NCBI RefSeq assembly: GCF_000143415.4
Contig: NW_003314282.1
Location: 1,073,374-1,137,373, forward strand
Source: Selaginella moellendorffii
Lineage: Eukaryota; Plantae; Lycopodiophyta
DNA: 64,000 bases
Direction of reading: 5' to 3'
Positions 14,568 to 27,118 of the stretch are shown here, piece by piece. The notes below the pieces were generated by a model that was not told the DNA's origin, searched no databases, and saw nothing but the letters and a program-made list of their open reading frames with translations. A program made the translations under genes and the position numbers. Position 1 is the stretch's first letter; each line of letters starts with the position of its first letter.

Positions 14568-14742
14568 TGTGAGTGCATGGAATATGGAAAGGGAATACAG
14601 AAATGTGCATATCAATTAGCCCAAAAACCCTAGTTTATATACAGGAGCAAGTGGTCCGGATTGAAACCAATCCGACGGCTACCAAAATCCCACTACGCTA
14701 ATATTAGTATACGACATCGTAGCCATACACTTGGCCCTCACA
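14568..14742 (-). repeat. 5' LTR
   Basis: Direct repeat of 9732-9906. Confidence 0.96.
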
Positions 14743-15399
14743 ATCTGAGTTTTTAAAAAATCATAAATTACCTCTTTGAAGCAACTAATAGAAAAAGATG
14801 AAAACCTTTAAGGCAGCATTTAAAAAAGTCATATTCTTCAATTGCAAACACCAATTTGCAAAGTCACATGTTGCCATGACCATCAAACCACTATCTACTA
14901 TGCAATCAATTACAAGGCCACTAGTTGGGGGATAAAGCTCAAGTAGGATATGTATCACCAATGGAGATCAGAATTGATACCTAAGCTTTCAGATGTCTTT
15001 GTCTATGAAATTTAGTATGACGTTAGTAGACCTATCATACCTTGGCAAACCACCCCACCATAAAGTTTAGGTGGAGTTGACACATATATATCAAGCCAAA
15101 TTTTCAATTAGCGTTTAAAGAGTTTAGCAAACAATAATAGGTTGCTGTTGCAAATGTGACTTTGGGTATCGAAAGTTACTTGTTAGTTAGTCCTTTCGGA
15201 TATTCTTTCTTTATTACCACGACAATAAGAGGTTAGTATTGTTGGACCCGTTATCAATTTCCACTTGAATTAGTTGAGAAACTGGTCAATGACTATGCAT
15301 AGATTGGATAAACATAAAGTAGGAACCTTATGTGTTCCTTGCTGAGCATACTCGGCCTAGTTTGAGAAACTTGTATCATTGACTTGCACTTGCTAATAT

Positions 15400-16870
15400 C
15401 AAGAACCCCCATGATATTGAGTGATAACTTACACTAAATGATAACTTACCATATCTACCAAACACCCTCGCTATCATGCCCCCACAACCCCCCCGAAGAA
15501 CACACGCTTTGGGCTTTCACCCCAAGCCTCCTTTAGTACCAGGAGTTAGTCCCTGGGACAAGCTTGAAACTTACTAAATATGGAATGTACCTAAATTGTG
15601 AATTTGGATATGGGAATAGCCTAGGGTTTAGGGTTTATGTTCCCACATACCTCTGAAATTCAGTGGTTTAGCATTGTGTTCAGGATAATCTTTACATTCT
15701 GTTGATATGCCAAATAAGCAAATCTACACTCTTTCCATAAATAGCATTTGAAACCGAAATGAGACTAACACAAAAGGCATGATAGCGAAGGTGTTTGGCA
15801 GATATGGTAAACTATCATCCAGCGATATTGAGGGATTAGTCTCAATACGCAAGGGTTCTTGCTAAGCTAGTGCAAGACAGAGCAAAAGAGAACTAACAAG
15901 CCAAGCCAAGTNNNNNNNNNNNNNNNNNNNNNNNNNNNNNNNNNNNNNNNNNNNNNNNNNNNNNNNNNNNNNNNNNNNNNNNNNNNNNNNNNNNNNNNNN
16001 NNNNNNNNNNNNNNNNNNNNNNNNNNNNNNNNNNNNNNNNNNNNNNNNNNNNNNNNNNNNNNNNNNNNNNNNNNNNNNNNNNNNNNNNNNNNNNNNNNNN
16101 NNNNNNNNNNNNNNNNNNNNNNNNNNNNNNNNNNNNNNNNNNNNNNNNNNNNNNNNNNNNNNNNNNNNNNNNNNNNNNNNNNNNNNNNNNNNNNNNNNNN
16201 NNNNNNNNNNNNNNNNNNNNNNNNNNNNNNNNNNNNNNNNNNNNNNNNNNNNNNNNNNNNNNNNNNNNNNNNNNNNNNNNNNNNNNNNNNNNNNNNNNNN
16301 NNNNNNNNNNNNNNNNNNNNNNNNNNNNNNNNNNNNNNNNNNNNNNNNNNNNNNNNNNNNNNNNNNNNNNNNNNNNNNNNNNNNNGGTATGGCCGACTAA
16401 CTTGAGGCATAGTCTAAATCCTGCTTGCATACCTGTCCTTGTTCTGTGTGCGACTTAGGTCTAAGCCCAAGTTCCACACCATGCTAGCTGGTGGAATACC
16501 CATATCCTCGTGTTAAGCCACTGGTATGCTAAAATAACGCCAGACTCTGTTTAGCTCCATTTTGTGTGTTGGTCCTGGCATTGGGATGCTGGATGCTCTA
16601 GGACTGTTCCAAGTCACTCCGTGCTCTTGTTCCTTTGCTCTTTGGGCTGTATGCTCAGAAGTTACTCCGTGGTTCGGTTCCATCACTCATTGGCTCCATA
16701 CTTAGGAGTTTAGCTTCATCCTTTCGTTCAATGGCCCAAGGCCTTGAAATTTAGATTCCACACCACTGTCTTTTGGACACATGGCAAGTGGCATGTGGCA
16801 TGTGACATGTGGCACATGGAGGGTTTAGATTCTGCTTCGTGGTTATCCTATGGTAAACCACTATAGGATA
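15400..16870. repeat. Dispersed repeat (probable LTR or TE remnant) spanning the gap; related to 52860-53400
   Basis: 16500-16870 is similar to the reverse complement of 52860-53200; 15770-15860 resembles 53285-53385; 15400-15480 is an inverted copy of 15776-15860. Confidence 0.65.
15912..16385. other. Assembly gap (N run)
   Basis: Run of n characters. Confidence 1.
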
Positions 16871-19639
16871 AAAGGTGAAAACCACGTGCACTATAATTAC
16901 ATTTTCTGAAGGAAAGAATGAGGCAAAACAAATGAGATCCAAATGTGGTGGCATGAAGATAGCCATATGGATGCAAGTTGTCTACCACAACTTGAGTTGT
17001 GGTTGGGGTGGTGGGAAGTTAAAATGTTCCAATAGGGACATCAAGTTCATTTTGCTTTTCTCTTCTCTTTTATTGGTTGGCTTTTAGTATTTACCTCTAT
17101 CAGCAAAATCATGATGATGATTGCATTGTACTTCATCTTTTATTTGTTTAAAGCATCAGAATTTAATTTTGTTGAGGCAAAGCATTAGGCCATAGCCATG
17201 GTTTACACCTTAGAGTGCTTTTGCTATTTTCTACTTGGCACCTATATTTTTTGTATTCATTTTTATATGCTAATTTTTCTTTTGAATAATGTTTTGCAAA
17301 ATATAAGGATCTATTTTCTCTAGGAATTTCATATCACCTTTTCTTTGTGACAGCTAACTCCAGTTAATACTTTGTTGCAACATTGAACACTCTACATCTT
17401 TGCTAGATGTAGCAATAAACTCCTAAACAACTACTGATGATACAACAATAGGCTTTAGAAATCAATGCATGCAACTTTTGCTTGTTGTAAGGAATAATTA
17501 TACTTGTGGTAGTTATTTGTGGGATTAACAACAGTATAAACCATTCTTTCTAGTAGTTTCTATTGGTCTATTATATGCTGCTAGATGCATGACTTGCTAA
17601 TAGTTCAATCCTCTAAACAACACTCCCAAACCTCCTTTTTAGCTCATTACCTCTTTAGGTCCATTCTACACTGGGATTTTATTCCAACATCTTTGCATAG
17701 GCACTATTATTTATTATTGGCAGTACTATAACTCTCAAGATAGCAAATCAACATTCTATAATAGAATTCTTGTATGATCACATCATATGCTAATTTGGTA
17801 TTCTTGCAACCTTGATATCTAATTGGGGGGTGCGGAGATGGCTTTCCTTAGATATGTCATTAAGCAATTTTACAATGGATTAGAATCTAATAGCACTTCG
17901 TTAGCAGTCATTGCCATCAATATGCTAATAATTAGGTTGAGTTATCCAATAAGATTTTGAAATCCATTTTTGTGTTATTAGAGGCAAATTGAGGATAAAA
18001 AGACTTTGTATCCACACTCTTTGCCTGGATTAAACAATGTGTGGTCACTCACTTGCGCTCTAAATTAGAGAGAGACAATACCAAAATATTTCAAAATTCT
18101 AATTTTTTTAGTATATAATTTTTCTATATTTTCCATTGCTATATATTCCACTTTTAGAATATTATTTATGAATATGCTTTTGATTTATATACACTTTGAA
18201 TTAACATCCTAGATCAGAACACATGGTGATATTTCAAGGCAAATATTGTTGGGATTGATCACAAAAACATAAATACTCTCTTTCAGTTTGCGTGGAACCT
18301 CCAACTAGTGGAGATAGTTGTGTGACACCTATATCTCACTGCCTAAAGCATCCTTTTAATGGAAATTATTGTGTGGCACTTCCACATCCTCACTTGGAAT
18401 CACTATATCACCAAAGAACCTTCACCTCATTGACTAGAGTATCCTCTTTATTGCATGGAATCATTAGCTCACAACCTAGGGGAATTTTCACCAAAGCCCT
18501 TGCATGAGATGTTTAATATAGCCTTATTATAGGAACTATCCACCTTTGAGTTTGGGGTGTCCATCTCATGAAGATGCTCTTCCTCCACTACCATGCCATA
18601 TGGGGCCTCTTCCACAATCACCTTGCACCCATGTAAAGGGTCTTCCTTTGCCACCTTATATTAATGTAAAATTATACTCAACAATAGCTATGTAAAGAGA
18701 GAAAATCTAGAAATAAGCAAAGTATTTCTATTAGTATTCAACACAAAACCTATATATATATATATATATATAGGTTCTTTTGCATTCTTGAGATTTAATA
18801 CCACTTCTTTTGCAATCTCTATAGTAGCATAATATTTTTTTGCCACTTTTTCACCTTCCTCCATATCTACTTCTGCTATTAGCTCAGGGTTATATGGAAG
18901 ATGTCTAGTTTCGGCCATCAATCTTCTTCCTAAAAAGAATAGCCAAAATTGTTAATAATCTGGAATAAGAAAATCAAAATTATTAAATTATATATATAGA
19001 TCCCACAAGAGCGACCTCATTCAATTGCACATCTTGCCATATTCACACATATTTTATGCTAAAGTCATCCACAAATAAAGAAATTTTAGCCTTTAATACA
19101 AAACAATTTGGTGTAGCAATGCCTACTTTTCTTATTTTTCTTTTATTCATTTAGATAGTAGTTGACAAAATTAGTAAGGCAACATTTTAGTAGTTTAGTC
19201 ACCACATATATAGTGTTTTAAAGAAATATACAAGTTTTAGGTGCTACTCAAAAAGCTACTTCTTACATTTTGGATCACCTAAACAAGGGCAAGGATGTAA
19301 AAGAATTTATTTAAAATAAAAAATAGTTTTTTTAGGGTTATATCCAATGAGAAATAGCCACATATGATAAATGACAAAGTTAAAGGATGAATTTGAGTGT
19401 TGAGACAGTTAGCAAGGTAGATTGATGTGGTAGAATCATCATGCTAGTTAAAGGGGGGAAGGACATCTAGTATAGTGGCACAGGGAGCTCATAAAGAACT
19501 TGGACTAGGACTTGATAACATGAAGATATGGAGTTAATGGTTTCTTCACATATAAAGTAAAGAATGTGCAAAACAAATTGATGGTAATAAGGAGTTTGAG
19601 AGAGAGGAAGTACCTAAGCTATGGGAAAAATAGATCACA

Positions 19640-20000
19640 CTAGAGATGGAAGTGAGCTATGTGATAAACAACATAGTGGCATTCGAAAAGTCACCAATCC
19701 AAGACAAATTTGAAGGTTACATCTTGGCTTGTGGCAACAAATGGATTGCCAATAGGATAGTGATTCCAAGCAAAGGATGCCCAAAAGTGTTTGAAATGTG
19801 GCATGTTGAAGATAGTAGTATACCTCCTTTGGGAGTGTGATGTGATAAAGGAGATGTGGAGAATGATAGCTAAAGTGACTAGGGAACTTGAAATCAAGCA
19901 AAAATTTAAAATACGCAAGGGGGATGTCACTCAATGGTTCCTAGAGGCAAGGGGGTCATACATGGGATCAACTTGGCAAAGGATTAGCTATTGAGGATGT
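19640..20000 (+). mobile_element. Possible LINE ORF2 3' remnant (zf-RVT-like)
   Basis: Frameshifted CP..CLKC....YLLWECDVIKEMW resembles the HLLWEC...W zinc-binding region of L1-type ORF2. Confidence 0.4.
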
Positions 20001-21849
20001 TTAGGTTGAGTGGGATGTTGTTGGAGCAAAGATTGAGACTACAGTCTAGGAAGCCCTTGGATAGACAAGATGGGAGATATGGTGTGCATCCAGGATTTAG
20101 GCACTCTGGGAAGCTTAAAACCAAAGGCATTTTGAGGGATAGAAATTTAGCGATCATAGCAAACTAGTTGGGGCTCATGTTAGTAGCTGTCCGTCTCAAG
20201 GAAATGCTACTGTAGGAATATAGCAAAAGGAAGGTGCTTGATGCTTAGCAACAGCAATAAATACCCTGCTATAGAGGGGAATACAAGGGAGGTATCAAAT
20301 GAAAATGGAGACCACTAGACACTATAGTAAAGGCAAGACAAGGTGATTTAGTACAAGATATTTTGCAAAGGAGACAACCACAACAGCCTCGGTTGGAAGG
20401 TAGCGACCACTAATAGATAGGATATAGTGAAATGTTATAGTTGAGAGAGTACCTTTTTTGCAACAGTCCCTAAGGAACATTGAGTAATGTACATATATGT
20501 TGCACCAATAAAAAATAACCCAGACCAATCCATGTATATGTGCCACTATTGCTAAGAGATGGCAATTGTGGTTGTATTAGAAGCCTATTGGGTGTTTAGG
20601 TCCTTGCAAATGGCTTATCAATGTAATAGCTAGATCATGCTAATTCTTCCTAAAGGACTCCTAGCTAATATAAAATTGCTTGAATTTTATGCTTGAGTGC
20701 CTCTATCTAGACATCACACCAATGCTATGATGGCCATTTAACACTAACCAGCCCTAGAATGCTCATGGATGAAGATGAGCTCTTGCCTTGAGATAATGGA
20801 TTGACAATCCTAATCTCAACACTTCAGAAAGTTTGTTATCGCAAACTAATAAAATATTCTTAGATACTCTGATATTATCCAGGAATCCAAGCAAGAAATC
20901 CTTGAAAGGTAAATCATGCCTCCTAAGCAACTCTTTTCTTCCTTGCTTGTCCTTCAAGAGGATTATTTCCTTTGTTATCTCTGTGGGAGATAGCACTACA
21001 GAGAACCCAAAGCTTTTGGGTTTTTAATGGAGTGAATGTTGCTCATGCTACATGATAGTGTGGTGCACATATTAGAAGCTAAAAGTTAACAAGGAAAATC
21101 TAACTTTGAGAAGGACCAAATAAATATTTTTCTCCATTTTGAGGTCATTGTCTTTTTGGAAATTTAGCAACATTGGATGGTTGAGAGTAAATGTGGGAAA
21201 GAATTTGAATTTTTAAATTAATTTTTTATCAAAATATTTAGTATAAGCTTGTGAAGGAAGAGTGACTTATTTTTGGCTAATTGGGTTAATTATGTGATGC
21301 TAAGTAAGTTTGAAATCTAGTTCATCAATAACCTCCTCAAGAAATTTCACAGTCCATTTTCCCCTTCACTTTTAAGCTTTTCTTTCCTATTTTTTCCTTT
21401 GTTTTGTCTTGTTTTTGCCATTCTTGCAATAGTTATCAACTCTTGGATGAGTATGGAACAGTCGATATTTCACCCTTGCTATACAACTGAGGAAAATATT
21501 TTATCTTCCTCTAGGAATCCATGACGAACCTAATGTGACACAAAATGGTTTTCCTTGATATTGGATTTTTAGGGCTTACAAAATCTTCTATATTTTAAAT
21601 ATAGCATATTCGATGTGTTCTCTCGAAGTTGAGTGCAGCATCGAGAAAGAAGCTGGCTTCCAAGGTTTCACTTCTTTTGCAACAAGAGGGCAAAAACAGG
21701 CTAATGTTGACAATTGGCGTATTGTTGGGTGGGAGTCCTTGCACGCTGTCCTTGAATGCATCCTGTGAAAGTTACCAACAAGACCACAATTGCTACACAA
21801 GATCTCCTCAGTTGGAAACAAGCAAATAGGAGCTATATATCTTGAAAAC

Positions 21850-22445
21850 CAAGAATTAACTGAATTTTCTATGTTGATGTGGTTTTGTATACTTGACAAG
21901 ATAAAGTTTTGAAGGTGTCTTACTTAAACAAGCAGGAGATACGTCAGGAGAGGAAGAAAACGAAACACTTGCATTGTAGAAGATTTCCACACGAAGACGT
22001 ATGTCCAAGCACACAGTTGCATTTTCAGCATGTTCATCTAGCAGAAACCATGTCCAAAATTCAACCTGTATTCCATCCTCTAAGTGATCAGAGTTTGTGG
22101 TGGTGGTGTGTCACCATTTACGGAAACATTGTAGTAAATATCATTGCCGAGCAGTGCTTCAGTTCCATTGCTCGATACTTGAGTAAGGTTAGAGTTGAGG
22201 TTTGTACGGCTTGCACAAGAGAGGTGTAGGAATCTAGTGTGAAATAGCTGAATACAAACATTAAATCAATGATCATTCCTCCAGTTCCATCTGCAAGAAT
22301 TCCTTGCACCACGTGCCATTGATACTTATGGATCCCAAGCCGATGTAATACAACACAGTGGAATTTGGATTTACTATGATTTCTTATAGTTGCTGAGCAC
22401 AATTTTGCCACTAAACGTATCAGATGGAACAAAATAGATAAACTT
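21850..22445 (-). pseudogene. Degenerate 3' fragment of the aspartic-protease-like gene at 25390-26889
   Basis: VQGILADGTGGMIID...YFTLDSYTSLVQAVQ matches 25380-26150 with deletions and frameshifts. Confidence 0.88.
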
Positions 22446-22866
22446 GCTTTTCGTATCCAAACTATGTACCACTCTCATTGAGCCACACTAAAAGGATAAG
22501 TCAGTTAATCTGAGGCATGGGATTTTGAGAGGCTCTATAATGCATTTTAGGACAAAGAGATTGAAGAATGCAAAGAGCTTCTCTCTGCAAAAGTCTATTG
22601 ATTGGCTCTTTGTGGATGATGCTGCTGCTGAAGTATCACAATTATCGATTGGCTCCAAGTATGCTTTTCTGATTATGATTATTGGACAGTTTTCGTGAGG
22701 GAAATAATGCCAGAATCAGAGTGAGCAGTGTTACAGCATAAACAGTTAGAGTGTTTACATGACTTTCTTTATTGTCTAACTTTTTAGCTTCTCCAATGCT
22801 TGTTTTACATTTTCAACACTTGCAATTTTCTTAAGAAGATTGTTTATCGTCTTCAATTCATAATAC

Positions 22867-23200
22867 TTATAACCTTTTTTGTTTTTGAATGTGTGGATAA
22901 CAATTCCATTGTTGGGCTGCAAGCAAAAAGACTTTGGCTTGTTGCCCACGCCCTAATCTCAAGAGATCTTTCACAACCTTTTTCCCTCTAACTTCCTTGG
23001 TAAGCACAAATCTTTGTAGACAATGGGCAAAGAGATTCCTAGCTAGGTCAAGCTTGTCCAAAATCTTGTCCACATACAGCTTCATTTCTTGAGTAAAAAC
23101 CACAATCTCATATATCTCACTCATCTCTTTTAGAAAAGTCATCTATGCCTAGCCTCTTTGTTATAAGGTAATGCTCTAGTGGAATAATTTTCCCATTGAA
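22867..23200 (-). pseudogene. NIF/FCP1-SCP family CTD phosphatase fragment
   Basis: FLKEMSEIYEIVVFT...YVDKILDKLD..LFAHCL...VVKDLLRLGR is the NIF-domain core; truncated and degenerate. Confidence 0.75.
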
Positions 23201-23449
23201 GAGCTTGAAGGATGTTGTGGCCTTTGTCTCATCTATGTCCAACACAAGCATGGGTTTCTTTTCCAAAGCTAGTTGTAACAGCAAAGAATTGTGACAATTT
23301 CACCTTTTTGTTCTTTTTGGTGGTGATGTCAAGTGTTACAAAACTCTACTCCTTATATTCCCACAGCCTCTTTATACTTATGAAGAAAGATAGAAAAAAT
23401 GCAAGCCCTAGTTTAATTGCAATGAATTTTTATAAATCAAGTTAATACA

Positions 23450-25060
23450 CTTCCATAATTTTGGCGACCCCAACACCAAGGGTCTCTAGGTAACTCGAGC
23501 TCCACACTTGGGATCCTTGTGGATCTTTTGGCAAACAGCCAACAGTGAGACCCCCCAAGCAACACTCTCAAACTCAAAGGTGCTATGGATGAGTTTTTTA
23601 GCCTTGTCTAGCTCTCTGGCCTTTGCAAATGCGTCAACAAGCCCACAGTAGCATTGTCCCATGGGCTCAACTCCATAGCCCTAAATCATTTGACTAGAAG
23701 TAGTCCCAAAAGATCTTCACCAAACCCAAGTGGTAGCATGCCGCAAGAACACTCATAAAGATTATGTGATCAGGCATCATGCTCTCCTGGATAGTCCTAT
23801 GGAAGGTTTCCAAGGCCTCAGTTACATGCCTGGTGGAAGCATACATGGCCACCACTGCAGTCCATGAGACCAAGTTTCACTCTGGTATTCTCTCAAACCA
23901 AACTCAAGCTTCCAAGAGGAGTCCCTTGTGAGTGAAGCCTGCCACCATTGCCATCCAGGCAATCACATTGCACTCCTCGATCACCTGGAAGAGGCTTATT
24001 GCTTCTTGGAGGTGGCCGTTCCAGAGATAGGCGAAGAGGAGCACTTTGCTCACTGTCTTGCTATCATAAGGCATCTGACAGAACATAAACTTTCAAGATG
24101 GTTTCTAGAGGCAAGCATATGGATCATTGTCGTCCAAGAGATGTCGTCGCAGTGAGCCATCTTTTGGAAAGAATGTAGTGCCTCGTCAAAATGCCCATTC
24201 GCGGCATATGCGCAAAACATGGAGTTCCAAGCCACCATGTCTTTGTTTGGAGCGTCTCAGACAAAACTTTAGCCTCTTCTACGGAGTCGTTACATGCGTA
24301 GTGTCAATCATAGCCGTAACTGCCACCTCATTAAGATCCGGGGCATCATTAAAGAGAATCTTTGTTTTCTCCATATGCCCAGGCCTATGATCATGGCCTT
24401 GTGGGCATTCTGTCAATCGTTTCTAGCACCGCCATGATCGTGGCTTATGCCCATAGCGGGCATCTCTCACGCGCGCGTGAGGTGTTCGATAATCTGCCCC
24501 AAAAGGACGTAGTGGTGTGGACGGACATGATACAAGGCCATTGCCACAACCAGGGGCTGGATGAAGCTAAAGATCTCTTTGGGTTTGCTCCGGCATGGAG
24601 TGGAATACCGCCTCCGCCTCGCCAAGATTGCCACTCTGCGAGTACATCTCGATCATCCGGTTCCAGGTGATGGAATTCTTTGGCAGGGATGCGATCGAAG
24701 TGCTGCTTGGCGCGCTGCACGTCCCCAGCCGCGGCATATGCCGAGATCATGGCGTTGCTGGACACAATCTCCTGCCGCGGCATGCTTTCCAGGACCGATC
24801 ACGCCTGCTCCAGGTCATGGTTGGGATTGTAGGCCTGGAGGATGAGATTCCAAGAGAAGAGATTGCGATCCGAGGTAGAATGGAAGACCGATCGCGCTTC
24901 CTCCAGGCAGCCGCAGCGGCCATACATCTGGACGAGGAGATTTCGCACGAAGACGCTGTTATTGTGGTCGCTGTGAAGGATCTGGGCGTGGGGCGGCCAT
25001 CGCTGGGATTGTCGCAAGATCTGACAAGGGCGGCCAGCTCTTGGACGCGCATCACATCAT
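23450..25060 (-). pseudogene. PLS-class pentatricopeptide repeat pseudogene with an internal inverted segment
   Basis: NLLVQMYGRCGCLEEARSVF, VAWNSMFCAYAANGHFDEA and IAWMAMVAGFTHKG on the minus strand; PPR motifs on the plus strand at about 24395-24590; stops and frameshifts. Confidence 0.88.
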
Positions 25061-25389
25061 GGCCGTTGGATGATGGGGACGGCCGAGGTTTTAGTCGTGG
25101 CAGGTTCTAGCTACCAGCCACGAAGTTTTCATGGCACGCGGCGAGAACTCATCCCCCATCGTCCAGCCGCACTCCAAATGCCGGAGGCAATCGCAATCGG
25201 GGGCGCGCGTCAACGACACAATTAATTTCCATCTTTTCTTGTGGCTTGGATGGATTTCTCTTGCTGCGAGTTCAGCAAGTTGTCCGATGAATGACTTGTT
25301 TGTCTTTGCAAATCCCACCAGGCCTGATGTATTGAGAATTCAAAGAAGCTATATATCTCGAGTTTACAAATCAATCCAGACTGAATTTT

Positions 25390-26889
25390 CTATGTTGACG
25401 CGGTTTGTATAGTAAACTTGACAAGACAAAGTTTTGAAGGTGACGTGAGGAGAGGAAGAAAAGAAAACGCTTGAGTTGTAGAAGATTTCCACACGAAGAC
25501 GTATGTAAAACCAGAAGAAGTGTCAAGGTTCATGCTGACATTGCATCCTGCTGTTCCAAATCCAATCTCCTGCTTTTCCAGATCAAACTCCACTGCCACA
25601 TCTAGCTGCTGGTAGGTTCCTATAACATTCAGTGAGAACCCCACCTTCTCTGAGTCTCCAACAGCCAAGCACACGGTAGCATTTTCAGCATCATCATCTA
25701 GCAGAAACCATGTCCGAAATTCAACCTATGTGCCATTCTCAAAGTGATAAGTCAGGGTTTGTGGTGGTGGTGTATCACCATTTACAGAAACATTATAGCA
25801 AATATCATTGCCGAGCAGTGCTGCAGTTTCGTTGCTCGATACTTTAGTAAGGTTGGAATTGAGGTTTTGTATGGCTTGCACAAGAGGGGTGTAGGAATCT
25901 GGTGTGAAATAACTGAATGCAAAGGTTGAATCAATGATCGTTCCTCCAGTTCCATCTGCAAGAATGCCTTGCACCGGAAAAGTCAACGTATCGGTGATAC
26001 TTATGGATCTCAAGCCGATGTAATACAAGGCAGTGGAATTTACGATCATTGGAGTGTAAGAGAGAGAGGAGTGCGATGAGATCTTATAGTTGCCGAGCAC
26101 GATTTTGCCGCTAAACGTATCAGATGGAACACAATAGATAAACTTGCTTGTATAGTCCATTTCAGCAAGTTGTCCAATGAATGACTTGTCTGTCTTTGCA
26201 AATCCCACCAGGCCTGATGTATTGAGAATCCCCAGCAATGTCGTGCTTTCTCGACCACATCCAAGTGACATTCTGAGGCTCTTATTGCCTCTAGTTTTGC
26301 GTGGAGTTTTCATGGCTACAACATCACTAGCCATCTCACCAGCTGAGGAGTAATCGGTGCTGTAAGAAAAATTATATAAGCAAGTCGTGGAACCCACTGC
26401 TGAAGATCCGCAAGCGTTTGTGGAGAAACCAGGGGATGTCGAGCAGAAAGGAGAGGTGCAAGGAATTCTAGTGTAAGATGTGGATGATGCCGATGAAAAG
26501 AGGGGATCGTTTGTGGAAACATTGCAATCGACGCAAGGAGAGCACGCAGCCCAGAAGAATTCCGAGTTAAGTGCCATGGTGAAGTTGTGCTGCACAGGAG
26601 GAGTTCCCAAATTGAGATTCATGGCGAAGTTGAGGCCGTTATCTACATAGAAACTCGTCTCTAGGCCTTTGTCTCCTCCTCTCACACTAAAGTCGGTGGT
26701 GATGTTGGCTAGAGTTCGTCTTTGCTTCCATACGATCGCGCCTCCCTCTTTTAGGGCAGCTGGCAAGACCTTTCGCGCAATAGCATTGACAAGCCCTGAG
26801 ACAGGAGCAGCCTCGACGTGAGGTCGACTAAATTCCCAAATGCACACAAGAGCCAATAGGAAACAAAGCACAGACCGACGCCTTTCCAT
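25390..26889 (-). pseudogene. Intronless A1 (pepsin-fold) aspartic-protease-like gene, nepenthesin/TAXI type, with a premature TAG at 25726-25728
   Basis: Signal peptide, LNLGTPP, Cys-rich insert, LGCG, FIYC, YYIGLRSISI, GTIIDS and NVIGTYQQ..VEFDLEKQEIGF. ORFs 25726-26889 and 25390-25674 share a frame. Confidence 0.85.
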
Positions 26890-27118
26890 GGAGAAATGAG
26901 AAACTCTTGGAGGATTGAGGCAAGATTGGGAAAAACTAGATTGAGAAACTCTTGAGGCAAGATTGAGGAAAGGATAATTGATATATATTTGATGACATAT
27001 CTGACTCTTTCAATCAATATACCTTTTTGTAAGAGATAAAACCTCGACACTTTAAATTATCTCGGTTTACCTCTTACCAATATAAAAACGGGCATAGCAT
27101 GGCAAAACCTAGATAGCT

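Larger units (their letters stand above)
9732..14742 (-). mobile_element. Full-length compact Ty3/gypsy LTR retrotransposon (5011 bp)
   Basis: Two 175-bp LTRs with about 6 mismatches by manual comparison, TG..CA ends, ATCT on both flanks (9728-9731, 14743-14746), PBS, PPT and a single gag-pol frame. Confidence 0.97.

Noticed and set aside
15621-15636. Interstitial telomere array
   Set aside because: Only about two TTTAGGG units; too short to call.
15862-16430. ORFs of 182 and 187 aa
   Set aside because: Artefacts of translating the N gap.
17400-18700. Possible LINE or gag remnants and a (TA)n tract near 18751
   Set aside because: Too decayed to assign from motifs.
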